Positions 50,706 through 62,185 of a DNA stretch of 64,000 nucleotides are shown piece after piece. Both the position numbers and the translations under genes were made by a program. Numbering within the stretch: the first letter of the stretch is position 1; each line of letters opens with the position of its first letter. The notes beneath the pieces are model-generated. The model had not been told where the DNA came from and did no database searches. It saw only the letters and a program-made list of their open reading frames with translations. Source of the stretch: Basidiobolus meristosporus CBS 931.73 (lineage: Eukaryota; Fungi; Basidiobolomycota); NCBI GenBank assembly GCA_002104905.1, contig MCFE01000257.1, positions 1 to 64,000 of the forward strand, in the 5' to 3' direction.

Positions 50706-53700
50706 GAGCTGCTGCAATATGTTCAGATCCATAGTTCTGATTATGTTGGCTGACAACTCCCACTGAATATGAGATATCTGGACGTGTTCCAAGCATGATA
50801 TACATCAGACTGCTGACCATAGATTGATAAGGAAAGTCAGGGCTTTCAGATGGCACCAAGCTCTCTTGATTTGGTTGAGTTTTGACCAAGGTAAGGTTTG
50901 TCTTCATTGGGGTAGCTGCTGGTTTACAGTCTTCCATTTTGTACTTATTTAGTATATCTTGAATATACTTGGATTGGCTTAGGGTGATAGTCTGGGTACT
51001 TCTGTCTATGGAGAACTTAATCCCTAAGTAATAACTAAGTTCTCCTAGAGCAGACATCTTGAACTCCTTAGATAGGCTGGATTTAGTCGCTTCCAATGTT
51101 CCTAGGTTATTGGCGGCTATAATAAGATCATCCACATATAGAGCTAATAGAACTGGATTTGCTCTATCTGGCTTATAGTATATACTATAGTCAGCATTAC
51201 TCCTTTTAAAACTCAAAGATTCCAAATAAGAATCTATCTTGCAATTCCAGGCTCTTGGTGATTGTTTGAGACCATATAGTGACTTTTTAAGCTTGCAGAC
51301 CAAATGGGGGTTATCTTGGTCAACAAACCCATCAGGCTGGTCCATATACACGTCCTCATCAAGTTCTCCATTCAAAAATGCAGTTTTTACATCCATTTGA
51401 TGAATAAAAAACTTATATTTGGCTGCAATAGCCAATATTAATCTGATGGAATTAAACTTGGCTACCGGTGCAAAGGTCTCAGTATAGTCAAGTCCTTTTG
51501 TTTGAGAGTATCCTTTGGCTACAAGTCTTGCTTTGTATCTTTCAATTGTGCCATCAGCCTTGTATTTTGTCTTGAAGACCCATCTGCATCCAATTGATTT
51601 TTGGTTGATTGGTAATTTGACTAAGTCCCAAGTTTGATTTTCCATCAGGGCCTGATATTCCTCAGTCATTGCAGATCTCCAAAACTTTGTCTGAGGGCTA
51701 TTTAGGGCCTCTTTTACAGTCTGGGGTTCATCAATCTGGACTGAATAGGCATAGGCTAAGTTTGTACCCTCATTGATATAGTAATTTGGGCTATTTCTTG
51801 TCCGATTGGATCTCTGGGCATTTGATACTGGAATGATCACTTCTGGGATATTTCTGGGCACTGATTCTGGCTGAACCATGGTTGCAGAGTCCTCTGGAGT
51901 GAAAAAATCTTCATTGTTTTGCTTGCATATGCTGTACACCCAAATATTCTTAGATGTTCTGCACTTGGTCTGTATCCATACCATGCTTCAAATGGAGTAG
52001 AATCACAAAGTATTCTGTTATAACTCCTATTTTTAAGATATACAGCAGTGGCAACTGATTCCGCCCAAAAATCATAGGATAATTTTTGATCATGGATCAT
52101 AGATCTTGCCATATCAATTATTGATCTGTTAGCTTGTTCTGCTACTCCATTTTGCTGTGGAGAGTATGGTACAGTAGTCTCTTGCTTTATCCTATGAATT
52201 TTGCAGAAGTGGATGAAGAGCTTTGAGGTATATTTTCCACCATTGTCAGTGCGTATTTTCTTGATTTTTTCACCAGTTTCTCTCTCAACCATGGCTTTAA
52301 ACTCCCTGAACTTAGACAGAGCTTCTTCCTTTTTCTCCATGAAGTAGACCCATGTGTATCTTGTATAATCATCAATAAAAGTGATTAAATACTTCATCCC
52401 ACCTAAGGATAAATTTTGCATAGGTCCACACAGATCTGAGTGAATTAGATCTAATTTTTTCTTAGTTTTGATTAACCCAGAGCTCTTGAACGGTTGTCTG
52501 GCTTGTTTCCCATATATGCAGGCTTCACAGTGCTCCAAATTAGCTGGTGGATCAATTTTCACTCCAGAAACTAGCTGATCTTTGATCATTTTACGCAAAT
52601 AATCAAAATTGATGTGTCCAAATCTCCTGTGCCAAAGCATTGGTGTTTCTTCATTTAAGTTACTTGTATTGGCTTCCAAATATGATGGAATATAAGTCAA
52701 CTTGAATAGATTCTGATCTCTGATGCCCAAAGCAATATGGGCACCATTTTGATCAGTGATCCTGCATCCAGAATTGTCAAAACTGAAACTGAGTCCTACT
52801 GCTGTGGCCTTGCTTACAGAGAGTAGGTTCTTGGCTATTTCTGAACATAGAGTACTTCTTCAAAGGTCAGTGTATGGCTTCCTTTACTGCTTCTAAGGTT
52901 TACTTGGATAGTTCCTTATCCCACTGCATCAAGTGTTCTATTGTCACCCATGAAAACCTTCTTAATTGGAATTTCTTGATATTGGGTAAAAAGTTCTTTT
53001 TGGTGTGTAAAGTGTTGAGAAGCTCCAGAGTCAATATACCACATCTGAGAATCCTTGTTTGTGGTCATATTTAGTGCAGATAGGAATAGTCTATCTTCAG
53101 TTGTTGCAGCATTTCCATATTGAGGTTTCTTTTGCTGATAATCTCTCTTTTTGAGACACCGGTCTGATGTGTGTCCTTTCCTTTTGCAGTAGTTGCAAAA
53201 TAGGTTGTTGTTGCCTTTGTAGGGTCTTGGGTACCTCTTTTGTTGGTTATCATTGCTTATTAAAGCATTTTCTTCTTCCTTCTTATTGGCGCTTGATTTT
53301 CTTAATTCTTCATCCAGGAGCCTTCCATATACGTAATTTAAGGTCAAATCTTCAGTTCTGGACTCTAGGGCTGATACAAGGCCCTGAAACTTGTCTGTGA
53401 GGCTATTCAGGATGGTAACTATCACATCCTCATCAGTAGTTGGTACACCCACAGATTTCATCTCATCTACCAGCAGGGTAATTCTGTTATTAGATTTTTC
53501 ATTTCTTCTCCTGGCAGCATCTTTGTAGTAAAGAATTTTTGTCTCAGATACATTTTCTTGGCAGCTGAACATGACTGCTAGGTATCTTCTAATGCCTTCC
53601 AGGCATTCTTTACCATTTTTGCTCTTGAGCATTGAATTAGCAATTTGTCCTTGACATTAAGGCAAATGCAGTTAAAGGCACTTTGTTCTTTCTTCTGGTA

Positions 53701-54251
53701 CTTCAAGGCTTCCTCTCCCATGTTTTTAGGAGGGCATTCTTCTCCCATGACAATATCCCAAAGGCCTCTTTCTTGTAGCAGCATCTTCATCTTCACCTTC
53801 CACACTTGGCAGTTAGATCCATCCAACTTTTCAGCAGAGGGAAAAATTCCAGTAATAGCAGTAGTAGACATTGCAGAGAGTGACAGCTCGGGGCTCATAA
53901 CCTGTTGTAAGAGTCTTGGAGATATTGGAAGTGATTGGGAGAACAAGTAGATTATGTGGTTTTCACTTAATGATTTATTGAATGTAAAAATAGTATTTAT
54001 ACTTTTACCTGGTCTTGGCATTACAAACACGTAGAATAGGTTAAGGAAGGTCCCAAGAACATGTGTGCAAAGTTTGTGGCTGTTTGGACAACTTTGAGAA
54101 TTTTCATGTTCTGGGTACCTGGTATTTTGGTGAAAATATTCTAAGTAAATCCCAACAAGGAATTTGGTCAGTATTCTCTAGGATTTGAGGGTAATGATCT
54201 AAGTGACTAAGTTAGGTGAATATTTAGGTGGAATTCCAAATTTTTACAACA
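50706..54251 (-). mobile_element. Ty1/Copia element, best-preserved copy, 3'-truncated
   Basis: 5' LTR 53903-54251 (TGTTGTAA...TTACAACA), PBS, gag knuckle CNYCKRKGHTSDRC, WYIDSGAS protease, 297-aa integrase ORF, 452-aa RT ORF (LYVDDL); about 200-bp deletion near 51925; ends before RNase H. Confidence 0.95.
53891..53902 (-). other. Primer binding site complementary to the anticodon arm of tRNA-iMet
   Basis: GGTTATGAGCCC directly after the LTR; complementary to GGGCUCAUAACC of initiator tRNA-Met, as in Ty5/copia-type priming. Confidence 0.85.
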
Positions 54252-55590
54252 CAAACTACCACAAACTTTGTACACATACTCTGGGGACCTTTCTAAATAT
54301 ATCTTGTGTGTATGTTTTGCCAAGACTATGCAAATAAAAATGCTACTTTTACATTGAATACATCATTTAGTGAAGACAATACAATCTATTTGTATTCCCA
54401 ATCACTTGCAATATCTCCAAGACTTTGAAAGCAGTAGCTAGACCTCTATGTTCTATAGACCTGGTCACTTGCATCAGAGTCTAAAAGTCCTATGATGTCT
54501 TATCCAGATTCCTTGCTTGAACTTATTTAGCCTATTTCTCTAAGATATCATAGATGCAAGCATGCAATACTAAACCACCAGCTAGAGTCAAATTTCAATA
54601 TCATTAATCATAACAAGGCCCAATTAATCCAAGGTTTCAGTAAAGGGAAAGTGTTTTAAACTTTGTGGATAGCCCCAAGTGTTATATTGGCTTAGTTACT
54701 TAGATTGTAGTCTATAGATCTTAGAATGATTAGCCCACACTTCTTGTTCTGGCTCAAAATAACTTATGTAAATATCAAGTGTTTAAGACATTGAAAATCT
54801 TAAAGTTGCTCAAAGACCACCAGACTTTGCACACAGAATCTTGGGACTCTTCTAAATATAATTCAGGGGCTTATTTGATAAGTGCATGTAGAAGTATAAG
54901 TAACACTTTATTGTTGAATATGCTGTTACATGAAAGACACATAATCTACTTGCACACTCATTGAGCTCCAATATCTTCAAAACTCTTGCATGTAAGGCAT
55001 ATATAGAACCTAGGCAAATGAAGCCTTAAGGTAAGTGAGCAGTTTGGCAATGGGCATTATGACCATGGTAAACTTTGTATTGACCACTAAATACGCAATT
55101 GACTTGTTCACCTAGATTCTAGTCTACATACCTTAGAGAACTTTGCCCAAATACCTTGCCAGGATTTACTTGGAGTACTGTGTCAAAATATCAGGGATTC
55201 AGGACATGAGAAATCTTCAAGTTATTCAAAGGCCCCAAAACTTTGCTCACATGCCCTTGGGATCTTTCTGAGTGTATTCTACATGTTTACTTTGCCAAGA
55301 TCATGTCAAAGTATAAATATCACATTTACATTTAATAGACCATAAAGTGAACACCACATAGTCTACTTGTTCTCCCAATTACTTCTGATATCTCTAAAAC
55401 GCTTATAACACTGACAAGGTCTTGGCCAAGATAACAGGTAGATTATGTTTGAGATGGTCCTAAGAGTATGTGTGCAAAGCTTGGGGTCATTTGGACCACA
55501 CAGAATATTATCAGCAATATGTTGGATACAAAGAACATGAGAATTCTTGAGGTAAATCCAGGCAAAGAATTGGTGCAGGAGATGGCAGAT
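54252..55590. repeat. Cluster of old Copia-family LTR remnants
   Basis: Degenerate LTR motifs at about 54252-54433 (+), 54670-54990 (+), 55070-55410 (+) and 55420-55590 (-). Confidence 0.65.
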
Positions 55591-56355
55591 CCCATGCACC
55601 AGGATTGAAGTGCCCAGGTCAAGGTCAATATTTTGGTATGAATGCGAAATTCCCAACACACAAGACCGTATTTAAAAGGTATGGGTATCATCAGAAGATC
55701 CAAGTAAATTCCGATTTGGGAATTTCGAAGATTTGTCTTCTTGACACACCACAGAAGCAAAGCCAATTTCTTCCAAGGCTACTTGAATTAGTTCCGGAAC
55801 CAATATACAGATGTGCATAAGTCTGCAGGCGCGGATCTCTGAAGCATATATACTTCGCCTGATATATCCGATGAAAGGCGCTCATATTTCCGATACAGCT
55901 GCTTGCCCCTGATGCTTTAGGAACTGTAAATGTGAAGTATATGAGAAAGCATATATCTTATGTAGAGCAATAGACATAGCCAAAAGTGTCAGGCCGATCA
56001 CCGCCGATAAAATTGGCACCAGAACCGGTTGTCAAATATATATAACATACGATATAATCCAACAACGAAGAGTAGATGTATAGAAGGTGGGTTTGCAAGA
56101 GGAGCACTAGATCAACTGTATCCAACATGCCTTGACATACGGGATCTTAATAGGCCAGCTCTTTGTGGTGGGAGACACTTTTCAGCGTGAACCATACAAC
56201 GAAGCTCGACCTTTCCTAGACAAATACAAAACGGGCGCGTACAGGATGGATGAAGTATTTAATAAGCAGTTTCAGGAATAGATATGAATTGTCCTGATTG
56301 CGCGAATGTACAGGCTAGGTGGATGAGACGAAAGTATCGCATGATCGGTGTGGGT

Positions 56356-56703
56356 TCAAGAGACCTGGAACTCGCTGTCCAATTGAGTATTCAGGTTGGT
56401 GGTGAGTACATCAGCATTCTTGACAGCGTCGTGTCTAGCTCTCCCGTGCTCCCTTTGCGCCATCCCAGTTCTCTGCAACCTCTCGCTGTGAACACCCTTT
56501 CCGAACGTTTCCTTCAATGCCCCCTTGGCTTTTTCAAGGTTTGCCTGGGCTGCAGTTGGTTCCGAGTTGAACATACGTTTGTGGGCAACCTCGATGCGTT
56601 TCTGCTTCCCACGGGACTTGAGATCCTCGCTTTGGACGACGGAGCCGACCGCTTGTTGTACAATCCCCTCCAAATTTTTCGCAGCACTGTTTAGGTTTTC
56701 CAT
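56356..56703 (-). CDS. CsbD-like / LEA-type small stress protein (115 aa)
   Basis: Two repeats resembling the CsbD pattern (KNLEGIVQQAVGSVVQSEDLKSRG; KAKGALKETFGKGVHSERLQRTG); TATAAATA just upstream (56728-56735). Confidence 0.6.
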   Translation of the reverse strand: MENLNSAAKNLEGIVQQAVGSVVQSEDLKSRGKQKRIEVAHKRMFNSEPTAAQANLEKAKGALKETFGKGVHSERLQRTGMAQREHGRARHDAVKNADVLTTNLNTQLDSEFQVS

Positions 56704-57676
56704 GAAGTGGCCCGCTGGCGATCCCGGTATTTATAATCGTCCACGCAACCCATTCATTTGCCCACAACCACCGATCCGCTTACAGCTAAGCATCGCCACG
56801 CAAAGCAGCAACCCAACCAACATATTGTCCGGAGGTGAGCTCATCGCTCACTTTGCAGTTTCATTCGAGATTTGTTTGGATGCCATATGGAATATAGGCG
56901 TAAGCTCATCAATCGTTGGATGATGCACTCATGCTCTGATCATTGTCTCGCTTATGACGTCAACCCCTATTCCGCATCTGCTGAATGGGGATTCCTCAGG
57001 GTTGACGGTCCTGCTTGTCACCCACTACCTGATATATCCATCATATTAGCTGGACATTCCCCAGGATTGACGGTGGAGACGGCTGTAGGGCTCCATACTC
57101 ACCGTTAGATACAAGGCAAGATACCAAATAAATTTGGAAGGGCGCGGCTGGGCTGTGGCCAATTAGAGACTCGCCTTCTGATTGGTACCACTGTGAGGCT
57201 CATCGAGCAGTGTTGCTGCTACGTGATCATCAAGAAACCGGATTATCAGGAATATGCAGTTGTTTTGGTGTCAATGGAGCCTTCCATATCAAGAATCGCA
57301 TCTAGTCCACTTTTGGTTCGCATCGGAACTTGTCATACCCATCCCAGCCATTTTGTATACTACCGAGTTTGACCTGGACAGCTCGTCCTCTTCAAGCCAT
57401 GCTGTGGGTAGGACTTACCAACACTGTGCCATCCATAACCGGTCCACCATCTCATCTGGAGGTAGAAGAGCCTTTATCCTGTATCATTACTCACCCAAGT
57501 GTTGCCCCTCTACTGCATGTTTGCTCTGATGACTGGCCTCTACATCAATGGCCTATTAGTCAAAATTCCTGCCGCATTGGCACTTCACCCCAAGATAATG
57601 GTCTCTGCGAAACGACTCAAGCTTTTAATGACTAGTTTGTGACAACCTCGAGAAGCACAATGTGCAGCCATTCAGC

Positions 57677-58159
57677 TCAGTAATAATCATTGGATTTCCC
57701 ATAACCATGTCTAACGTAGCTTTTGTTGACCTTGCGGAAGATTGGCACCCATACTTTGTAGTCATCGTGGCGATAGGTTGACGCCCCAGAGTGAGAGCCA
57801 TCGTGGTAATAGCCATGGCCACCATCATTGTCATCGTCCAGCCATACGCCCGATAGATACTTCCGAATTTCGGCATCTCCTTTTCTAGTTGACCCCATAT
57901 TTAGATCATCATTGGAAATGTGAATTATCCGCCCTGGACGTGGGAAATGGGAGGTCGAGTCGTATGAGTCTGAGTCTGACTCGAGATTGGTGGGGTAGGC
58001 GGGGCTCTGCGATCCTTCACCTGAATACTCCGAGTTCCCATCAGCACCAGAAAGAACCCCACTGCCATATCCAACGCTGTGTTCGCCTCCCGCGGGATTG
58101 CAATGCACCTCCGCCGTCCATAGTAAAGCGGACAGAAGAATGAGCGCTCTAGATATCAT
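57677..58159 (-). CDS. Small secreted Gly/Ser/Asp/His/Tyr-rich protein (160 aa from the internal Met)
   Basis: MISRALILLSALLWTAEVHC looks like a signal peptide; the frame is also open 73 codons further upstream to 58378, so the start is inferred. Confidence 0.55.
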   Translation of the reverse strand: MISRALILLSALLWTAEVHCNPAGGEHSVGYGSGVLSGADGNSEYSGEGSQSPAYPTNLESDSDSYDSTSHFPRPGRIIHISNDDLNMGSTRKGDAEIRKYLSGVWLDDDNDGGHGYYHDGSHSGASTYRHDDYKVWVPIFRKVNKSYVRHGYGKSNDYY

Positions 58160-58729
58160 TTCAGTGAAACTGGCCGAGAACAAGAAGGCGACTTCCTGCA
58201 AGATGCTATTTAACGAAGCACCTACTCCTGATACACTGGAGCTTGATACTTCCCGGTCGCTTGATGATTCTGAAACCGGTAGCCCGATGGTTTCAGGATT
58301 CCGAACGTGAGGCGAAAATCCAGCAAGTCCAGCCGCTCCCCACCCTTCCAGAACCAAGCTTGTTTCAAAGACATTCATTTAGCCAAGTACGCTTTAGAAG
58401 TGATTTTTCCTTCATTCATTCATTCACTTGAAACGTGCCAAGTTGATGAACACTTTCGACTGAGCCATACGGGTTCTAGCGATGATGCTTACTGCAGTTT
58501 ACGTTACACGGTGTGCAGGAAGAATCGAATCATCACCCACCGACTGGTGTGGTGCAGGAGACTCATTTAAAGTATGAACTGCGTTTATTCCATGATAAAA
58601 AACCGACAATATGCAAGGCTGTATTAATATAGAAAGATCTAGCCAGGATCTTCTGATTGCTTGACCGAATGTACGATCATCTAAACCAGAATCAAAATAA
58701 GCAGCGACACAACAACTGCTTCTGAATGA

Positions 58730-59415
58730 TTACACAAACAACGAGCCCAACATCAAGACGGCAACTCCAATCCAGCCTCCTACTTGGAGTTGGATCCCAC
58801 TAGATCCAGCTCTCTTCTCTCCATCTTGACTGTTTGATTTGGAGAGGGTGAGGATGTTGGCGCAGGCAATGCGAGTCTTGGTCTGATCCATGCGGTGGAT
58901 CACCACAGAGAGGCCAACCACCGAGTTGTTGGCTCCGTGGTCTTCCAGTGAGAGGGTAGGGTCGACGTAGCTAAAGGAGGGGGTGGTTGTGTTTAGGGTT
59001 CCCCACTTGCCTGCACATTGTGAAACGTCGGTTAGTCGCGAGAGACAGAAACCACACAACACGAACACTTACCAGACAAGTCACCAACCTCGCAGGTGCT
59101 CAAATCGGCCGCGTTGCATTTGTACGTGGCGGCAGTTCCAACTCTGGCGGGATCCAAGTGCCCGCCAGCGGAGGTGCAGTTTTCAGCGGTAACCGGCTTC
59201 TCGTGAACATGGTACAAATATTGCTCGCTGCTGTTCAATCCCGATTTGACGTCCACCGTCACCTTGACGTCCCTACCATCTGGGGTGAATGCGAAGGAGG
59301 CAACCACACCATTTTGATTGATGTCCGCCCCGGCCCTATCGACAACGGTGGCATTGCACCTGGCCAACAACGACAGGCCGATGAAGGCCCCCAAGAATAC
59401 TTTGAAATGAACCAT
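58730..59415 (-). CDS. Extracellular GPI-type Cu-only superoxide dismutase (SOD5-like), 207 aa; exons 59073-59415 and 58730-59010
   Basis: Signal peptide, YHVHE, GGHLDP, CEVGDLSGK, VIH...TRIACANI, hydrophobic C-terminus; 62-bp GT-AG intron with GACTAAC branch point restores the frame. Confidence 0.9.
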
Positions 59416-59477
59416 AATGTTGATATGCGGGAGAGTGGATCAATGGAGATATGCAAGGAGGGTCGTCTGCACGTAAA

Positions 59478-59485
59478 TATTTATA
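59478..59485 (-). promoter_or_regulatory. TATA box of the left SOD
   Basis: TATAAATA on the minus strand about 60 nt upstream of the ATG. Confidence 0.5.
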
Positions 59486-60500
59486 TTCGGCCTTGCTGAA
59501 CCTAGCCACTCTTCTGACGAGGCCCCTCAACAGGCAAAATTTACGCGTTTCATAGCCCTCAGCCAGTGAAAAAGGCAGCCTATTCAAAACAAGATTGCTG
59601 TACGCTAGGCTGAGGCAAACACCCTTTACCAGCCTCTCATCACAGCCCTATCGGCCACCTCATCCAGCCGATATCTGCTGATTCACGGTAGCCTTACAAC
59701 ACGAGGTGACAAATGAAGCCTCCCGCGTGATTGGGAGGGATAAGCCTAATCTTCAATATTATTCGTGCTACATTCCCAACAAAAACCAGGTTTCACATCA
59801 AGAGCTTGTAGCAAAACCCTGAGCTAGATTACCAACGCCATCGAATCGAACGGGATCAAACACTTGAGTGGTTAATCCCCTTGCTGATTGAAGCGTAGCC
59901 AAAAAAGCCTCGTTCTACAGGGATGCATAAGAAAGCCGTGGTGGAAGCAAGCAAGCTAAATCGCTTTGATTGTTTGTATGCTTCACATCACGCAGCCAAG
60001 CAGATGGTGGGGATTCACTTCGTCGCCACCCCTGACAGTGTTTGTGGAATGACCTTAGCCGGGGCCAAATTGGAAGTATTAACGTGGTACAGACCAAGTG
60101 AGTCAGAGAGAAGTGCCAGTGGGAAATTCGAATTCCATTTCAATACCTGTAATGCATTGGCAAGGTTTCTTTCGAATGGTCAAGTAAATGTAAATACCGG
60201 ATCAAGAATCTTTAGGCAGGCATTTTCCGTAAGCCAACTGGGAATGATAATTGATATGAATTAATTTGGAAGATGTTTCCAAGTAATCAAGGCGGTCATA
60301 CCAGACGAAGTTATTTTTACTGATGGCCTCTCGCCTATTAAATGGGGCAATCATCATTACCTGATGTTTAGAAGAGTGATACAACATATTGTCATACTGA
60401 GAGCAATATTAATTATAGTCCCGCTTAATCCTATATGGTCGCACACGACATTGAGTTATTTGTGCTCAGCTACGAATGTTGAGAACTTATTGCCGCAAGG

Positions 60501-60508
60501 TATAAAAG
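60501..60508 (+). promoter_or_regulatory. TATA box of the right SOD
   Basis: TATAAAAG about 60 nt upstream of the ATG at 60570. Confidence 0.5.
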
Positions 60509-60569
60509 TCTCTGGTGGGAGAACCTCCACCTCAGACGCGCGCATTAGTAGATCTAATCACTCACAATA

Positions 60570-61246
60570 ATGGTCCTCTTGAAATCTATCTTTGGTGCCC
60601 TTGTCACCTTGGCCACATTCACCACTGGCTTTGCGAATGTTGTCGAGAAGGCTCAAGCCGATGTCAACCAGAACGGTGTGGTGGGCTCATTTGTCTTCAC
60701 TCCAGATGCTAAAGGTGTCAAGGTCGACATCAGCATCAAAGAAGGCTTGAACGACACCTTTATGTACCATGTCCACGAGAAGCAAATCACTGGGACTAAC
60801 TGCACAACCGCTGGTGGCCATTTGGATCCCGCCAAGGTTGGTGTTGTCGCAGCTAACTATAAGTGCAACCCTGCCGATTTGAGCACCTGCGAGGTTGGCG
60901 ATTTGACTGGTAAGTGTTCATGTTGTGTGGCTTCTGTCTCTCGCGACTAACCGACGTTTCACAATGTGCAGGCAAGTGGGGAACCCTAAACACAACCACC
61001 CCCTCCTTTAGCTACGTCGACCCTACCCTCTCACTGGAAGACCACGGAGCCAACAACTCGGTGGTTGGCCTCTCTGTGGTGATCCACCGCATGGATCAGA
61101 CCAAGACTCGCATTGCCTGCGCCAACATCCTCAACGCTAAAGCAAGCAGCCAGGATGACAAGAAGCCTGGGTCCAGCGGAGTCCAACTCCAAGTAGGAGG
61201 CTGGCTTACTGTTGCTGCCTTGATGGTGGGCTCAGTTGCTCTATGA
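60570..61246 (+). CDS. Extracellular GPI-type Cu-only superoxide dismutase (SOD5-like), 204 aa; exons 60570-60909 and 60972-61246
   Basis: Same motifs (YHVHE, GGHLDP, CEVGDLTGK, VIH...TRIACANI), signal peptide, hydrophobic tail, 62-bp GTAAGT...GCAG intron. Confidence 0.9.
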
Positions 61247-62185
61247 GTGCTGATCACAATCGGCCCCCATAACCAAACAGTGCAGGCTCGTTGGTCAAGA
61301 ACGCAATTTTGTTCCAATCATACTGGCCACTCATCCACATGGACTGGTCATTCAGGTTGGATCGAGGGGGCAAGATGATTGGCTAAAATAAAGGTTAATT
61401 TAACAGCAATCCGATTGATCGTGAGCATTTAGGGTTAGGTTTGATGAATCAGGGGCAGTGATAGATATGGGCGTGAACGTGGACTTGGACGTGGACGCGC
61501 TTGGAGGGAGACGGCGTAGACAAGCTTCAGCCTCGAAAGTCGGAGAAATGCAGCTTAGAGGCGAGTAGTTCTGGCCAGATCTCGGGATATTCACTATATG
61601 GCTATATATGCGCGGACATTATGCAGAACCACCCATCTCAAATGGTATCCACGATGGCCCACAAAACAATTGCGTGATACCGGGTGATCGTGAATGGGCT
61701 ATCTTGACTGGTGTTCTTAATTCAGAAATTCAAGCTTACTTCCCTCAATTTGATGACGGTCTAGATTCGACGGAATTCCAAATTGAAAATAAGCGATCCT
61801 TCAGCCAAGCGGTTCCATCGTGGCCATTGGGCGAGAAGTCCCACTCCATGCGGCTCCAGACTGGACATTCATGCCCATTTTGGTCACTTTGGGTGTAACT
61901 AGTTTCGAAGATTCTCGATCGAAAACAGTTTGGTGCTTGGATTTATTAGTGTTAGATCTTTGGTTCATGTTATATTTCAGGAACTGGGAATTCGGGATGT
62001 CTTCTTTTTTCCATGGACTTGGGAATTTCTATGGGGTTATGCAATTCTATATATTGATTAGCTCCCAGGCAAATAAATATAGATAATTGGCTCATGTGGC
62101 ACTTGTTCTTTTACTTGGAACGAGGAGCATACTGTAGATTCCCTCCTCTTGTATACTCGAGTCTAGTTCAGAATCTTTAGCCAAA

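Noticed and set aside
49860-51130. Inverted RT-RT repeat around 50330-50705
   Set aside because: The two RT copies are well diverged; best explained by independent Copia insertions, not a fold-back event.
56284-56923. Plus-strand ORFs overlapping the CsbD-like gene
   Set aside because: Antisense shadows with no recognisable motif.
58160-58378. 73-codon N-terminal extension of the secreted protein
   Set aside because: It would bury the signal-peptide-like segment; no evidence for its use without transcript data.
58987-59499. 170-aa plus-strand ORF opposite the left SOD
   Set aside because: Antisense shadow of a GC-rich coding exon.
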